Source: an uncultured bacterium (GTDB lineage Bacteria; Margulisbacteria; CAYMKA01). From it: DNA of 32,189 nt. The stretch lies in NCBI GenBank assembly GCA_964390935.1, contig CAYMKA010000002.1, positions 1-32,189 of the forward strand, written 5' to 3'. Position numbers and translations under genes: made by a program. Of this stretch, positions 7,623 through 17,192 are shown piece after piece (position 1 is the first letter of the stretch; each line of letters begins with the position of its first letter). The notes under the pieces were generated by a model. It searched no databases, was not told where the DNA came from, and saw only the letters and a program-made list of their open reading frames with translations.

Positions 7623-10088
7623 CTAGGTGCAAGCCTCACAAGCTTCGGGGTTTTCTAAAGAACAAGCAATTGCTTCTGCGTCACTGTATTCTTTTTTTGG
7701 AGCCGCAGGTGCTGCTTGGACAGGGGTCACAGTAGTCACCACTCCCACTGTTGCTTTATTAATTTTAGTTGCAGGTCTAGAGCGTAAATAATAAGTTGTT
7801 TTTAAACCCATTTTCCAGGCATGTAAGTACATTGAAGACAATTTACCGATGGTCGGACTTTCGATAAATAAATTCAGCGACTGACTTTGATCAATAAAAG
7901 GCCCTCTAAGTGCCGCCATCTCAATTAAACTTTTTTGAGGAACTTCCCAAACCGTACGGTAAACATCGCGTACCTTTTGAGGAATTTCATGAACATCTTG
8001 AATAGAACCTTCGCCCATTTTAATTTTCGTGCGAATGTTTTCGTTCCACAGTCCTAATTGCTGTAATTCTTGAACAAGATAACGATTAATTTGGATGAAG
8101 TCACCCGAGAGAGTTTCGCGTTTAAATAAATTTGAAACCTGAGGCTCAATGCATTCGTAAGAACCCACAATAGACGCAATGGTCGCAGTGGGAGCAATCG
8201 CAATTAAAAGCGAGTTACGTAGACCGTGTTGTTTAATTTGATCGCGAAGTAAATCCCAGCGTTTTACATCTGTTGGAGTCACTCCCCAGAAATCAAATTG
8301 CAATTCACCTTTGGCCGCACGAGTCTGTGCAAAATTTTCATGTGCGCCATTTTGTTTGGCGAGCTCACATGATGTGCTAAGAGCATAAAAATAAATTTCT
8401 TCAGCGATTTTTTTATTTAAAATTTGAGCTTCTGCACTGTCAAAGGGCAGGCCTAATTGAAAAAAGACATCCTGCAAACCCATCATGCCCAGTCCCACAG
8501 GACGCCAGACACTGTTGCTGGAGGCGGCGCCTTTAATAGGATAAAAGTTGATATCGATCACGCGATCCAGATGAATGATCGCCGTGCGCACATTTTTAGC
8601 GAGCTTATCAAAATTAAAACTGCCGTTTTCAACATATTTCGCTAAATTAATTGAACCCAAATTACAAACTGCTGTTTCTTTTTTATTAGTAACTTCCAAG
8701 ATTTCAGTACACAAATTAGATAAGTGGATCACATTTTCAGGGTTAGCCGTTTGATTCGATTTAATATTTGAAGCGTCTTTATAAGTCATCCAGGGATGAC
8801 CTGTTTCAGCCATTGACTTCATGATGCGCGCATAAAGATCACGAGCTTTTATCTGCTTCTCAAATAACTGTTTTTGTTCCCCTTCAATATAAACTTTTTC
8901 AAATTCTTTACCGTAGAGATCAGGCAGTTTTGGCATGACCTTTGGGTCAAACAATGACCACATGCCATCTTCTTCGACACGTTTCATAAATAAATCTGGA
9001 ACCCAAAGCGCTGTATGTAAGTTGTGGGTACGACGAGCTTCATCTCCAGTATTTTTTAATAAATCAATAAAGTCCTCGATGTCAGCATGCCAAGGCTCTA
9101 AATAAACGGCACAAGCGCCTTTACGTTTGCCGCCTTGATTCACGGCTGCGACAGAAGAATCGAGTGTCTTGAGCCAAGGAACAATGCCATTTGAGTGACC
9201 GTTAGTTGCTTTAATTAAAGAGCCCCGAGAGCGAATACGGTGATAGGCCAGTCCAATGCCACCGGCAAATTTTGAAAGCAGCGCGACGTCAGTATATTTT
9301 TGGTAAATCGAAAGAAGACTGTCTTCAGGAGAATCTAATAAATAACATGAAGACATTTGCTGATGGTTAGTGCCGCTGTTAAACAAAGTCGGCGTGCTGG
9401 GCATATATTCGTGAGAAGAAATTAACTGATAGAAATTAACCGCTTCGCCGACGTTTTGAGAAAGACCACAAGCCACGCGCATAAAAAAGTATTGGGGAGT
9501 TTCAATGACATTTCGAGAAATAGGATCTTTTAATAAATAACGATCATAGACAACGCGCAATCCAAAATATTCAAACAGCTCGTCATTTTTTTTATCGATA
9601 CCCTGATTTAATTTACGGCCATTTTCTTGAACAAACTGGGTTAATTTTTCAGAAACGAGTCCTGCAGAAGCACCCGCAGCCATCGACTGGGTAAACGAGT
9701 GAATGTCTTGATTGATGACTTCTTTTTCAATGTACATCGCCAAAAGTCTGGCTGCTAATTTAGAGTATTGAGGTTCTTCTGAAATAAGCTGAGCAGCAGT
9801 TTGAATCGATAAGTTATCTAATTCGCGGGTAGTCGCTCCATCATAAAGACCGCTAATAGTTTTAGTCGCAACTTTTAAGGGATCAACGCGGTCCAGTCCT
9901 TCACAGCAACGGGCCACCGCTTTAACAATTTTATTAACATCAACGGGCTCACGTTCGCCGCTGCGTTTCACAACTTGCATCATGGTGGGAGAATTTCCTT
10001 GAGATTGAATTTCGATGGGTGAATAAACTTTTGTTTCGACACTTACTTCGATTTTTTGATCAACTTTTTGCTCCGCAACAGGATTCAT
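7623..10088 (-). CDS. nrdA: Ribonucleoside-diphosphate reductase, class I alpha subunit
   Basis: 821 aa with an ATP-cone (VVKRSGEREPVDVNKIVKAV), catalytic regions (SNLCTEI, PTATIASI) and a C-terminal Cys pair (CEACT). Confidence 0.95.
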   Translation of the reverse strand: MNPVAEQKVDQKIEVSVETKVYSPIEIQSQGNSPTMMQVVKRSGEREPVDVNKIVKAVARCCEGLDRVDPLKVATKTISGLYDGATTRELDNLSIQTAAQLISEEPQYSKLAARLLAMYIEKEVINQDIHSFTQSMAAGASAGLVSEKLTQFVQENGRKLNQGIDKKNDELFEYFGLRVVYDRYLLKDPISRNVIETPQYFFMRVACGLSQNVGEAVNFYQLISSHEYMPSTPTLFNSGTNHQQMSSCYLLDSPEDSLLSIYQKYTDVALLSKFAGGIGLAYHRIRSRGSLIKATNGHSNGIVPWLKTLDSSVAAVNQGGKRKGACAVYLEPWHADIEDFIDLLKNTGDEARRTHNLHTALWVPDLFMKRVEEDGMWSLFDPKVMPKLPDLYGKEFEKVYIEGEQKQLFEKQIKARDLYARIMKSMAETGHPWMTYKDASNIKSNQTANPENVIHLSNLCTEILEVTNKKETAVCNLGSINLAKYVENGSFNFDKLAKNVRTAIIHLDRVIDINFYPIKGAASSNSVWRPVGLGMMGLQDVFFQLGLPFDSAEAQILNKKIAEEIYFYALSTSCELAKQNGAHENFAQTRAAKGELQFDFWGVTPTDVKRWDLLRDQIKQHGLRNSLLIAIAPTATIASIVGSYECIEPQVSNLFKRETLSGDFIQINRYLVQELQQLGLWNENIRTKIKMGEGSIQDVHEIPQKVRDVYRTVWEVPQKSLIEMAALRGPFIDQSQSLNLFIESPTIGKLSSMYLHAWKMGLKTTYYLRSRPATKINKATVGVVTTVTPVQAAPAAPKKEYSDAEAIACSLENPEACEACT

Positions 10089-10197
10089 GATGTCCCCCTT
10101 ATTTCACTGTCTTTACTTAATATTCTGACTTTTGGCAGGAATGCAAATTGCGAGGCCCCCAAAAAATCTCATTTGTCCGCTCAACACTGTCTTATGG

Positions 10198-10243
10198 GCA
10201 CTACCCATAGTGTGTGGCGCATTATAGACACTATATATAGCAA
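10198..10243 (-). promoter_or_regulatory. Two NrdR-box-like palindromes upstream of nrdA
   Basis: Plus-strand GCACTACCCATAGTGT (10198-10213) and ACACTATATATAGCAA (10228-10243) resemble the NrdR box acaCwAtATaTwGtgt. The centres are 30 bp apart, about 3 helical turns. They lie 110-155 nt upstream of the nrdA ATG. Confidence 0.6.
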
Positions 10244-10248
10244 TGCAA
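10221..10248 (-). promoter_or_regulatory. Sigma-70-type promoter of nrdAB
   Basis: The minus strand reads TTGCAT-N16-TATAAT (-35 at 10243-10248, -10 at 10221-10226). One NrdR box fills the spacer and the other covers the predicted transcription start site (TSS). Confidence 0.55.
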
Positions 10249-10362
10249 GAAATTTTTTAAATTTCAGCTATTTCACTCTTTCTTCACACCATACGTCTGT
10301 CTGGGTCAAAAAAGAGGTCGGAGAGTACCAGATTCAAATCAAAAATCAATAGCGAAAAGACC

Positions 10363-11820
10363 TTATAAAACGCGTGCCACAGCCTGTTTCCAGGCATCCA
10401 TTAATAAACGTTGCTTTTGAAAAGTTATTTTTGACTTAAAAATTTTTTCGATTCGATGATATTTTTTTAATTCGTCTGAATTTTTCCAAAAACCGACTCC
10501 AAGTCCCGCTAAATAAGCAGCTCCTAGGCTTGTGGTTTCGGTATTCTCGGGTCTTAAAATTTTTCCGCCCAAAAGATCAGCCTGAAACTGCATCAAAAAA
10601 TTATTTGAGACCGCTCCGCCATCTACCTGTAAATTTTTAATAGAAAGACCTGTTTCTTTGCGCATTAAATCAATGACTTCAGCGCTTTGATAGGCAATGG
10701 ACTCAAGGCCGGCTCGAATAATTTCTTTCTGAGACGTGCCGCGTGTAATCCCCACAATGGCTCCGCGAGCAGTGGGGTTCCAATAAGGCGCACCCAGACC
10801 CACAAAAGCCGGCACTAAATAAACTCCGCCTGTATCTTTAATCGATTTTGAAATTTTCTCGCTTAGAGACGCTTTGGGTAAAATTTGCAGACCGTCTCTT
10901 ATCCACTGCATCACAGCGCCTCCAATAAAAACAGCCCCTTCCAGGGCATAACAAGGATTGCCTTTCATATCGCAAGCCAGTGTTGTGAGTAAACCATTTT
11001 TAGAAATCACAAAATCTTGGCCGGTATTCACCAGCAAAAAACATCCTGTGCCATAAGTATTCTTGCCGCTGCCTTTCGTGAAACAAGTTTGACCAAAAAG
11101 AGCAGCCTGCTGATCGCCTGCCATTCCCGAGATCGCAATGCCGTCAGGTAAAACGCTCAACTTTTTAGTCAGTCCTGCTACTCCGCTTGAATGCACCACC
11201 TGAGGCAAAATATTTTTAGGAACCTTAAATATTTTTAACAACTCTTCATCCCATTTTTTAGTACGGATATTAAAAAGCATGCTGCGTGACGCATTGGTGT
11301 AATCGGTGACATGACGTTCACGGCCTGTTAATTGATAAACAAGCCAACTATCAATCGTGCCAAAACAAATATCTGTTCTTTTAATTTTTTTTAATAACCA
11401 GGCGATTTTAGTAGCCGGAAAATAAGCATCGATGACCAATCCTGTTTTATTGCGCACCAGATTAACCAGCTTTTGATTGCGTTTTAATTTGTCACAAACA
11501 TCTGCCGTACGACGGCACTGCCACACAATGGCGCGGTGTAACGGCTTACCCGTTTTTTTATCCCAAATCACGGTCGTTTCACGTTGATTGGTAATGCCAA
11601 TGGCAGCAATTTCTTTTTTATTAATTTTAGCTGTGGCTTTTTTAATGGTACTTAAAACACTTTGCCAAATTTCGTCAGCATCATGCTCCACCCAGCCTGG
11701 CTTTGGAAAATATGGAGTAAATTCTTGATAAGCAGTTCCCACAATCTGACCCTGATGATTGTAAAGATTCGCACGTGTTCCGGTTGTTCCTTGATCAATG
11801 GCCAGTATATATTTCTTCAT
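10363..11820 (-). CDS. glpK: Glycerol kinase
   Basis: 485 aa with an N-terminal ILAIDQGTTGTRA (FGGY kinase phosphate-1 motif), GITNQRETTVIWDK, and the GGA/FGGY C-terminal motifs. Confidence 0.93.
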   Translation of the reverse strand: MKKYILAIDQGTTGTRANLYNHQGQIVGTAYQEFTPYFPKPGWVEHDADEIWQSVLSTIKKATAKINKKEIAAIGITNQRETTVIWDKKTGKPLHRAIVWQCRRTADVCDKLKRNQKLVNLVRNKTGLVIDAYFPATKIAWLLKKIKRTDICFGTIDSWLVYQLTGRERHVTDYTNASRSMLFNIRTKKWDEELLKIFKVPKNILPQVVHSSGVAGLTKKLSVLPDGIAISGMAGDQQAALFGQTCFTKGSGKNTYGTGCFLLVNTGQDFVISKNGLLTTLACDMKGNPCYALEGAVFIGGAVMQWIRDGLQILPKASLSEKISKSIKDTGGVYLVPAFVGLGAPYWNPTARGAIVGITRGTSQKEIIRAGLESIAYQSAEVIDLMRKETGLSIKNLQVDGGAVSNNFLMQFQADLLGGKILRPENTETTSLGAAYLAGLGVGFWKNSDELKKYHRIEKIFKSKITFQKQRLLMDAWKQAVARVL

Positions 11821-12636
11821 CTAGAGTGATTTTAACCATACCAGCACATCCTTAAAAACTTTTTCTCGATCTAAATCAATTGAAATTCCATGAAACATTT
11901 GCGGATAAAGCACATACTTTGTTCGTTTAGATTTTTTGGCGAAGTCTTCTGTGACCGACGCATTCATAAATAAATCTTGCCCGCCTTGAGCGATATAAAT
12001 AGGCACATTAAATTTTTCGGCATTTTTTCGAACTCTTACTCTCACTTGTAAGTTTTGAAGCAACGTTGAGGGACTGGCAACATGTTTTTCATTTACATCT
12101 TGGCGCATCATCTTAATCATGGCCTGATCACGTGTGGTCATTTCGGGGTTAAAAGGCATCTTAAAAGCAAACCAGGGACAAAGGGGCAGCATCAAAGCAA
12201 TTTGAGCTCGTCGCCAAAGTGAAAAAGGCAGTTTGTCTTGTAGGGCCGGCGCAAATAAAACAAGCCCTTTAAAAACGTCGGGATAATCAAGTTGCATGCC
12301 TAGCAAAATCAGGGCGCCCATACTTTCGCCTAATCCAAAAACCGGTAATTTTTTTTCAGAAAGTTTATGTTGAATCATTTTATTAATGTCTTTGTAATAA
12401 GTTTTAAAAGAATTAATGTGCCCTGGAGTTTTTCCCGCATTGCTGCCCCAGCCGCGCATTTGAATGGCGCTCACCTCAAAGCCATTTACCACAAAAAATT
12501 GAGCTAAATCTTCCCAGCGCGAAGTAGGTGCTCCCATGCCATGCACTAATATCAAATGGGCTTTAGCGTCCGGCGCAGACCAGTTTTGCCAAATGAGCCC
12601 TTTTTCTATTTCTTTCCATTGGGGTTGGATAGCCAT
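11821..12636 (-). CDS. Alpha/beta hydrolase, monoacylglycerol-lipase/lysophospholipase-like
   Basis: LILVHGMG, nucleophile elbow GLGESMGA, a later GGQDLF (Asp) and MFHGI (His). The layout resembles the Hydrolase_4/MGL family. Its stop TAG directly abuts the glpK ATG (TAGATG). Confidence 0.7.
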   Translation of the reverse strand: MAIQPQWKEIEKGLIWQNWSAPDAKAHLILVHGMGAPTSRWEDLAQFFVVNGFEVSAIQMRGWGSNAGKTPGHINSFKTYYKDINKMIQHKLSEKKLPVFGLGESMGALILLGMQLDYPDVFKGLVLFAPALQDKLPFSLWRRAQIALMLPLCPWFAFKMPFNPEMTTRDQAMIKMMRQDVNEKHVASPSTLLQNLQVRVRVRKNAEKFNVPIYIAQGGQDLFMNASVTEDFAKKSKRTKYVLYPQMFHGISIDLDREKVFKDVLVWLKSL

Positions 12637-13382
12637 TACATCATCCCCTTAAAAATACTTTTCCAATTGTATTGAGTCATCATAAAGCGTGGTAAATCAT
12701 AGCGATCAGAATTATTTTGCAGCGGCAAAATCACATTTTGAGCCCCTAACTGAAAAGCATATTCATAGCCCGCTTTTTTAACAGTTTGACGAGTTAATTC
12801 TCCTCTGGCCCCAAAGGGATAAACAAAAACAGTGATCGGAAAGCCTAATTCTCTAGCCATTTTTAATTTAGGCCGATAAATTTCTTTAAAAAATTGCTTA
12901 GGGTGTCTTCGATAAAAATAATCATCCAGTCGATAATGAGTGTAGCCATGCGCCGCAATCGTACAGCCTTCGCTGTGCATGGTTTTAAGTTGATCCCAAG
13001 ATAAAGCATAACGACTTCTAGAAATAATGCTGGGATACACCGCGATGAGCGGCTTTATCCCCATGGGTTTAAAAACTTCTTGATAGGCTTTCCAATGAGT
13101 GAAATGACCGTCATCCAGAGTAATCAGCACGTTTTTATTTCCTTTAAGAGGGTATAAAAAAAGTTCGTCATAAGAAACAAAACGATAACCACTTTCTTTT
13201 AAAATCTCCATTTGGGTACGTAGTTGTTCAATTGAAAAATCAATCGAAAATTTTCTAGTCCCTAAAAAACTGTGATAACACAAAACGGTCACCTGATTGG
13301 CAGCGCTTAAAGGAGCAATCAAAATAATGGAGATCACAATACCAAAAAGAGCTTTTTTAATCTTAGCGGGAGACATATTCAT
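12636..13382 (-). CDS. Secreted polysaccharide deacetylase (NodB-homology) family protein
   Basis: Has a signal peptide (KKALFGIVISIILIAPLSAA). NodB motifs are present: VLCYHSF, LITLDDGH, HGYTH. Its stop overlaps the next gene's ATG (TAATG). Confidence 0.75.
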   Translation of the reverse strand: MNMSPAKIKKALFGIVISIILIAPLSAANQVTVLCYHSFLGTRKFSIDFSIEQLRTQMEILKESGYRFVSYDELFLYPLKGNKNVLITLDDGHFTHWKAYQEVFKPMGIKPLIAVYPSIISRSRYALSWDQLKTMHSEGCTIAAHGYTHYRLDDYFYRRHPKQFFKEIYRPKLKMARELGFPITVFVYPFGARGELTRQTVKKAGYEYAFQLGAQNVILPLQNNSDRYDLPRFMMTQYNWKSIFKGMM

Positions 13383-13385
13383 CTT

Positions 13386-14954
13386 TTATTTTACCCAAAC
13401 CAACACCGAATATGGACCGGTAAATAATATTTCATGAATAGGCAGTTTTAGTAACTTCAGGCTTGAAGGATCTGTTAATAAAAAATAGTTTGTTTTCTTG
13501 TCTAAAAAATGAGCATCGGTTATGTACCTGTCAGCTGGACCGCTTACAAAATCTAAATAAGCTTGATCATGGCTCATGAAAAGAGGCCGACCTACAGGTC
13601 GGTAGATATAAAAATCTATCTTATTATAAAAACGGGTTTCTAGTTTTTTTTGCCAGGTCATATAAGGATTTGAATTTCGTACTATTGTTCCTGCTGAAAA
13701 TAAAAGGCCTATATACCCAGCGACCAGAGCTGCTAAAGCAGCGTATAAAAAATATTTTTTGGGATTAAAGCTATAAAAAGCAACAATTAAAAGAAAACCA
13801 ACCCAAAGCACAACTGGAATAAGGGCGGAGGAATTTAAAATTTGAGGGATTTGTGTCAAAAGTAAAAAACTAAAAAAAAGCGCTGCACAAGCCACGCCAA
13901 TTTTTTTTGTAGCAGGCTGTATCAATGATCCGCTCACTAAAATTGCAAGAGGGGGCATGAGTGATACAAAAGTTCTTAAATCATTTTGTCTGTAAAAGAA
14001 AAACAAAAATAAAATATTAGAAATAAACCAGATGAGAGAAAAAAACTCTAAAGAATTCTTTTTTTTAACTAAATTTTGAAATGAATACAGGTTTTTGTTA
14101 AACAAAAAAACAGTCCACGGGAAAAAAGCCAAGATCACGTAGCCTAAAATAGTTCCGTGCATGCCTAGCCCCAGATAACTGGTATTGTATTTACTTTGCC
14201 ACAACACACTCTTTAAATAACTTCCGTATTGAGTGGGAGCCGCAAAATAAGGCAGGCCCATCAGAATAACGACTGGCAGCAAAAAATAAGCAGCGCCGAC
14301 ATAAAATTCTTTTTGAAATAAAAATTTCAAAAACTTATCTCTAAAATCTCTGTCTATTAAAAATAAACTTAAAAAAGTCAGTCCACAAAAAATTAAAGCA
14401 AACCCGCTTTTAATCAAAAAACCAACCGCGACCCAAAAACATAAGAGCTTCCAATTTTTTTGGTCTTTCCAAAATCGATATAAATAAAATTGAGCCAAGG
14501 TTATTGCAAGTGTTAACAAGATATCTAGTTTAGGGGTTCGACTATAAACAAAAACGGCCAGTGTGGTTGCTAAAACAAAAGTTCCTACTAGAGCAAACTC
14601 ATCATCTTTTTGTTTTTTAAGAAAAAAATAAAAAACATATAGTAAAAGCAAATAATAAAGCACATTAGGAATGTGAACACTTATTTCACTGGCCGGAACA
14701 CGGATCCCTATCCATTTTAGGAACATTAGCGGAATAGCCTGCAGCCAAATTCCTAGAAGCGGTTTATCTAAAAAAGAAGCGGGGTCCCCTGGCTGCAAAA
14801 GTGGCATCAACCACTGGTTATGCAAAACCGTGTTTTTAATCGTTAGTGCATACATCGAGGCATCATCGGGTTGCAGGGCATTAAAAGACAGTGTGGCTAA
14901 AGAAAAAAAGGCCAGTATTCCCAACAGTCCGATTAAATATTTTTGATTGATCAT
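13386..14954 (-). CDS. Polytopic membrane glycosyltransferase, GT39/GT83 (PMT_2/ArnT-like) family, paralogue 2
   Basis: 522 aa with about 10 or more hydrophobic helices. It has the early periplasmic-loop acidic motif (QPDDASMYAL) typical of lipid-phosphate-sugar-dependent GT-C enzymes, and a soluble C-terminal domain. Confidence 0.6.
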   Translation of the reverse strand: MINQKYLIGLLGILAFFSLATLSFNALQPDDASMYALTIKNTVLHNQWLMPLLQPGDPASFLDKPLLGIWLQAIPLMFLKWIGIRVPASEISVHIPNVLYYLLLLYVFYFFLKKQKDDEFALVGTFVLATTLAVFVYSRTPKLDILLTLAITLAQFYLYRFWKDQKNWKLLCFWVAVGFLIKSGFALIFCGLTFLSLFLIDRDFRDKFLKFLFQKEFYVGAAYFLLPVVILMGLPYFAAPTQYGSYLKSVLWQSKYNTSYLGLGMHGTILGYVILAFFPWTVFLFNKNLYSFQNLVKKKNSLEFFSLIWFISNILFLFFFYRQNDLRTFVSLMPPLAILVSGSLIQPATKKIGVACAALFFSFLLLTQIPQILNSSALIPVVLWVGFLLIVAFYSFNPKKYFLYAALAALVAGYIGLLFSAGTIVRNSNPYMTWQKKLETRFYNKIDFYIYRPVGRPLFMSHDQAYLDFVSGPADRYITDAHFLDKKTNYFLLTDPSSLKLLKLPIHEILFTGPYSVLVWVK

Positions 14955-14969
14955 TTTTAACTTTTTATC

Positions 14970-16394
14970 TTAAATTTTTTGATGATCCAGTTTAAAACCT
15001 TTGGCTAAATAAAATTTTTTATTTAGAAGATGTTTTTCAATTCCGACAATGGCAGGCCATGACAATTCTTCAACTGATCCAAAATATTTTTTAAGATCGC
15101 TGGCTATTTTTGTTCCCGGGGCAATATAAAAAATTACATTGTCTCCCTTTTGTAAAAAGAAATTCCAACGAGCAAACTGCCCTCTTCCCCAGACTCCTTG
15201 ATCGACACTTAAAAGTTCTGTGGGCATTAAAACAGTTTTTTGTAGATAGTAGCTCAGTTGCCCGGCTGTTCCGTGAGAGTCGGTGTAAATTTGGCTAATT
15301 TTTGTTTGTTCATTTAATTTTTCAAAATAAGAAATAATTTTTTTATTTTCATGATATTGCTTTTGATACTTCAAAATTCCCGGGTCAGAAAACAAAAGAA
15401 CCGAAAGAAGCAAAACATTAAAAAGCACAGCGCTTATCAGCCAATAATTAATTTTTGTTTTTCTATCTATCTTATTATTTCTGTCCCATCTCTGCGCCAA
15501 AAGAATTAATAGAGGTGCATACGCCATCGCTGGCCAATGTGGCCATACCATAGCTTTAAAACTAAGCAGTCCAAAAAAAACAAAAGGCACGGCGCCCGAC
15601 CAAAACAGCAGCTTTTCTTGAAGAGAAAAATTATTTTTAAGGCGAAATAATCTAAACAAGGCGATTGTAAAAATGGGGGACAAATATAAAATTTGCTCTC
15701 CTAAATACTGACCCAAACCTGAAAATCCACGCCATTCATGAAGACGATTTAAATGAAATAAAAATGATTCCCCGCCCGAAAAGAAATTACTGATCAACAC
15801 TGGCAAAAAAATAAGTCCCGCAATGCCCGTGTAAATTAAAAATGATTTTAAATTTTGAATGGTTTTTAATTTTTTAGCAGAAGGCAGACAAGTCAAAATA
15901 AAAATAACTGGAAAAATAAGAATCATGGAATATTTAGAAACAAAACCAAGACCTGTAAAAATTCCTGCCCAAATCAAATTTGTTTGTTTTTGATTTTTTA
16001 ACCACTCTAATAAAAAATAAATCGTTAAAAGATAAAATAAAATAAACGGGATTTCGACCGTTAACACCAAGGCCATCACCAATGCATAGGGTGTTAACCA
16101 AAACATAAGCGCTGCCAGCCATGAATTTGAAATTTTATAAATCACAGCCGCAATGCCAAGACTTAATAAAACACAGCCTAAACGACTCGCGAGCAAAGGA
16201 TCAATCGGTAGTTTTGTAAAAATAAAATTTAAAAACGAAATCATCGGAGGGTGATCGACATAACTGAGACTTAAATGTTTAGCCCACAATAAATAGTAGG
16301 CTTCGTCAGCAGTGGGTGGAAATAAGAAAACTAAAAATAATCGCAAGACAAAAACAGCTGCCAACAGCCAAAAATAAACGGGAAGTTTTTTCAC
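14970..16394 (-). CDS. Polytopic membrane glycosyltransferase, GT39/GT83 (ArnT-like) family, paralogue 1
   Basis: 474 aa with a GTG start. TADEAYYLLWAKHLSLSYVDHPPM closely matches the DEAYY..W....L.Y.DHPP signature of ArnT/PMT_2 proteins. It has many TM helices. Confidence 0.7.
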   Translation of the reverse strand: MKKLPVYFWLLAAVFVLRLFLVFLFPPTADEAYYLLWAKHLSLSYVDHPPMISFLNFIFTKLPIDPLLASRLGCVLLSLGIAAVIYKISNSWLAALMFWLTPYALVMALVLTVEIPFILFYLLTIYFLLEWLKNQKQTNLIWAGIFTGLGFVSKYSMILIFPVIFILTCLPSAKKLKTIQNLKSFLIYTGIAGLIFLPVLISNFFSGGESFLFHLNRLHEWRGFSGLGQYLGEQILYLSPIFTIALFRLFRLKNNFSLQEKLLFWSGAVPFVFFGLLSFKAMVWPHWPAMAYAPLLILLAQRWDRNNKIDRKTKINYWLISAVLFNVLLLSVLLFSDPGILKYQKQYHENKKIISYFEKLNEQTKISQIYTDSHGTAGQLSYYLQKTVLMPTELLSVDQGVWGRGQFARWNFFLQKGDNVIFYIAPGTKIASDLKKYFGSVEELSWPAIVGIEKHLLNKKFYLAKGFKLDHQKI

Positions 16395-16420
16395 TCCCCT
16401 ATCTTAAACGCTAACGGGAT

Positions 16421-17104
16421 TTAGAAATATGGATTTTCGCCGGTTGAATGGTCTGTGGTATCGACCACTTCCACTATATCTGGATACACTTCTTTTACTC
16501 TGACTTCGATCCCTTGTTTCATGGTGGCAGGAACAGAGTGACAACCATGGCAACCGCCGCCCACTGTCACAAAGGCCACGAAATTATCTAAATTCACCAA
16601 AGTCACAAAACCGCCGTGAGAAGCTAGCATCGGATTAATCTCTTTTTCAAATAATTCAGTAATGCCTTCACTAAGCCTTTTTTTATCTTCATCACTCATT
16701 TTTTTGGGCGCAGGTAATTTCGCAAACTCCTCAGCTTCAACAATCAACTTAGCAGCTTTAATATGTTCGCGGATTGCATCAATCGCCACATTAGGAGCCG
16801 TCCAGCGATTTTCTTCATCTTTAATATCTAGGCCTAAAGTAATTTTTTTAGGAACAAAATGAACCGAACTTAAACCTTTGATATTTAAAATAGCTTTGGC
16901 TAAAGGAGAGCCTGCTGCTTGCTCTAAACTTTCATATTTAAATTGTCCGTAAGGCAAAATATCAGGAGAAATTCTAAGAGTAATTTGATCATCACGATCG
17001 GTCCACTCGGGCTGAATCATGAGCTGGGGGACAGCCGCCAACTTGGTCGCATATTCTTTAAGAGACTCTGCACTAACCTGTTTATCTAATTCTTGAGTGA
17101 CCAT
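16421..17104 (-). CDS. Nfu/NifU-like Fe-S cluster carrier (Nfu_N plus NifU C-terminal domains)
   Basis: C-terminal HGGFVTLVNLD..VTVGGGCHGCHSVPATMKQGIE carries the CxxC NifU motif. The upstream part has an Nfu_N-like SPLAKAILNIKGLSSVHFVPKKITL. AAGGAG lies 7 nt before the ATG at 17104, which favours it over the GTG at 17122. Confidence 0.8.
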   Translation of the reverse strand: MVTQELDKQVSAESLKEYATKLAAVPQLMIQPEWTDRDDQITLRISPDILPYGQFKYESLEQAAGSPLAKAILNIKGLSSVHFVPKKITLGLDIKDEENRWTAPNVAIDAIREHIKAAKLIVEAEEFAKLPAPKKMSDEDKKRLSEGITELFEKEINPMLASHGGFVTLVNLDNFVAFVTVGGGCHGCHSVPATMKQGIEVRVKEVYPDIVEVVDTTDHSTGENPYF

Positions 17105-17192
17105 AAATACTCCTTGGGACACCTATTCTATACCAAAATGGTCCGGATTCAATACCACCAATGTTCATATAGGAATTATTTCTATTTAATCT

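Noticed and set aside
8457-8645. 62-aa plus-strand ORF inside nrdA
   Set aside because: Shadow ORF antisense to nrdA.
10056-10352. 98-aa plus-strand ORF spanning the nrdA upstream region
   Set aside because: It overlaps the nrdA start and runs through the promoter and NrdR-box region. It has no SD, and the regulatory interpretation explains the sequence better.
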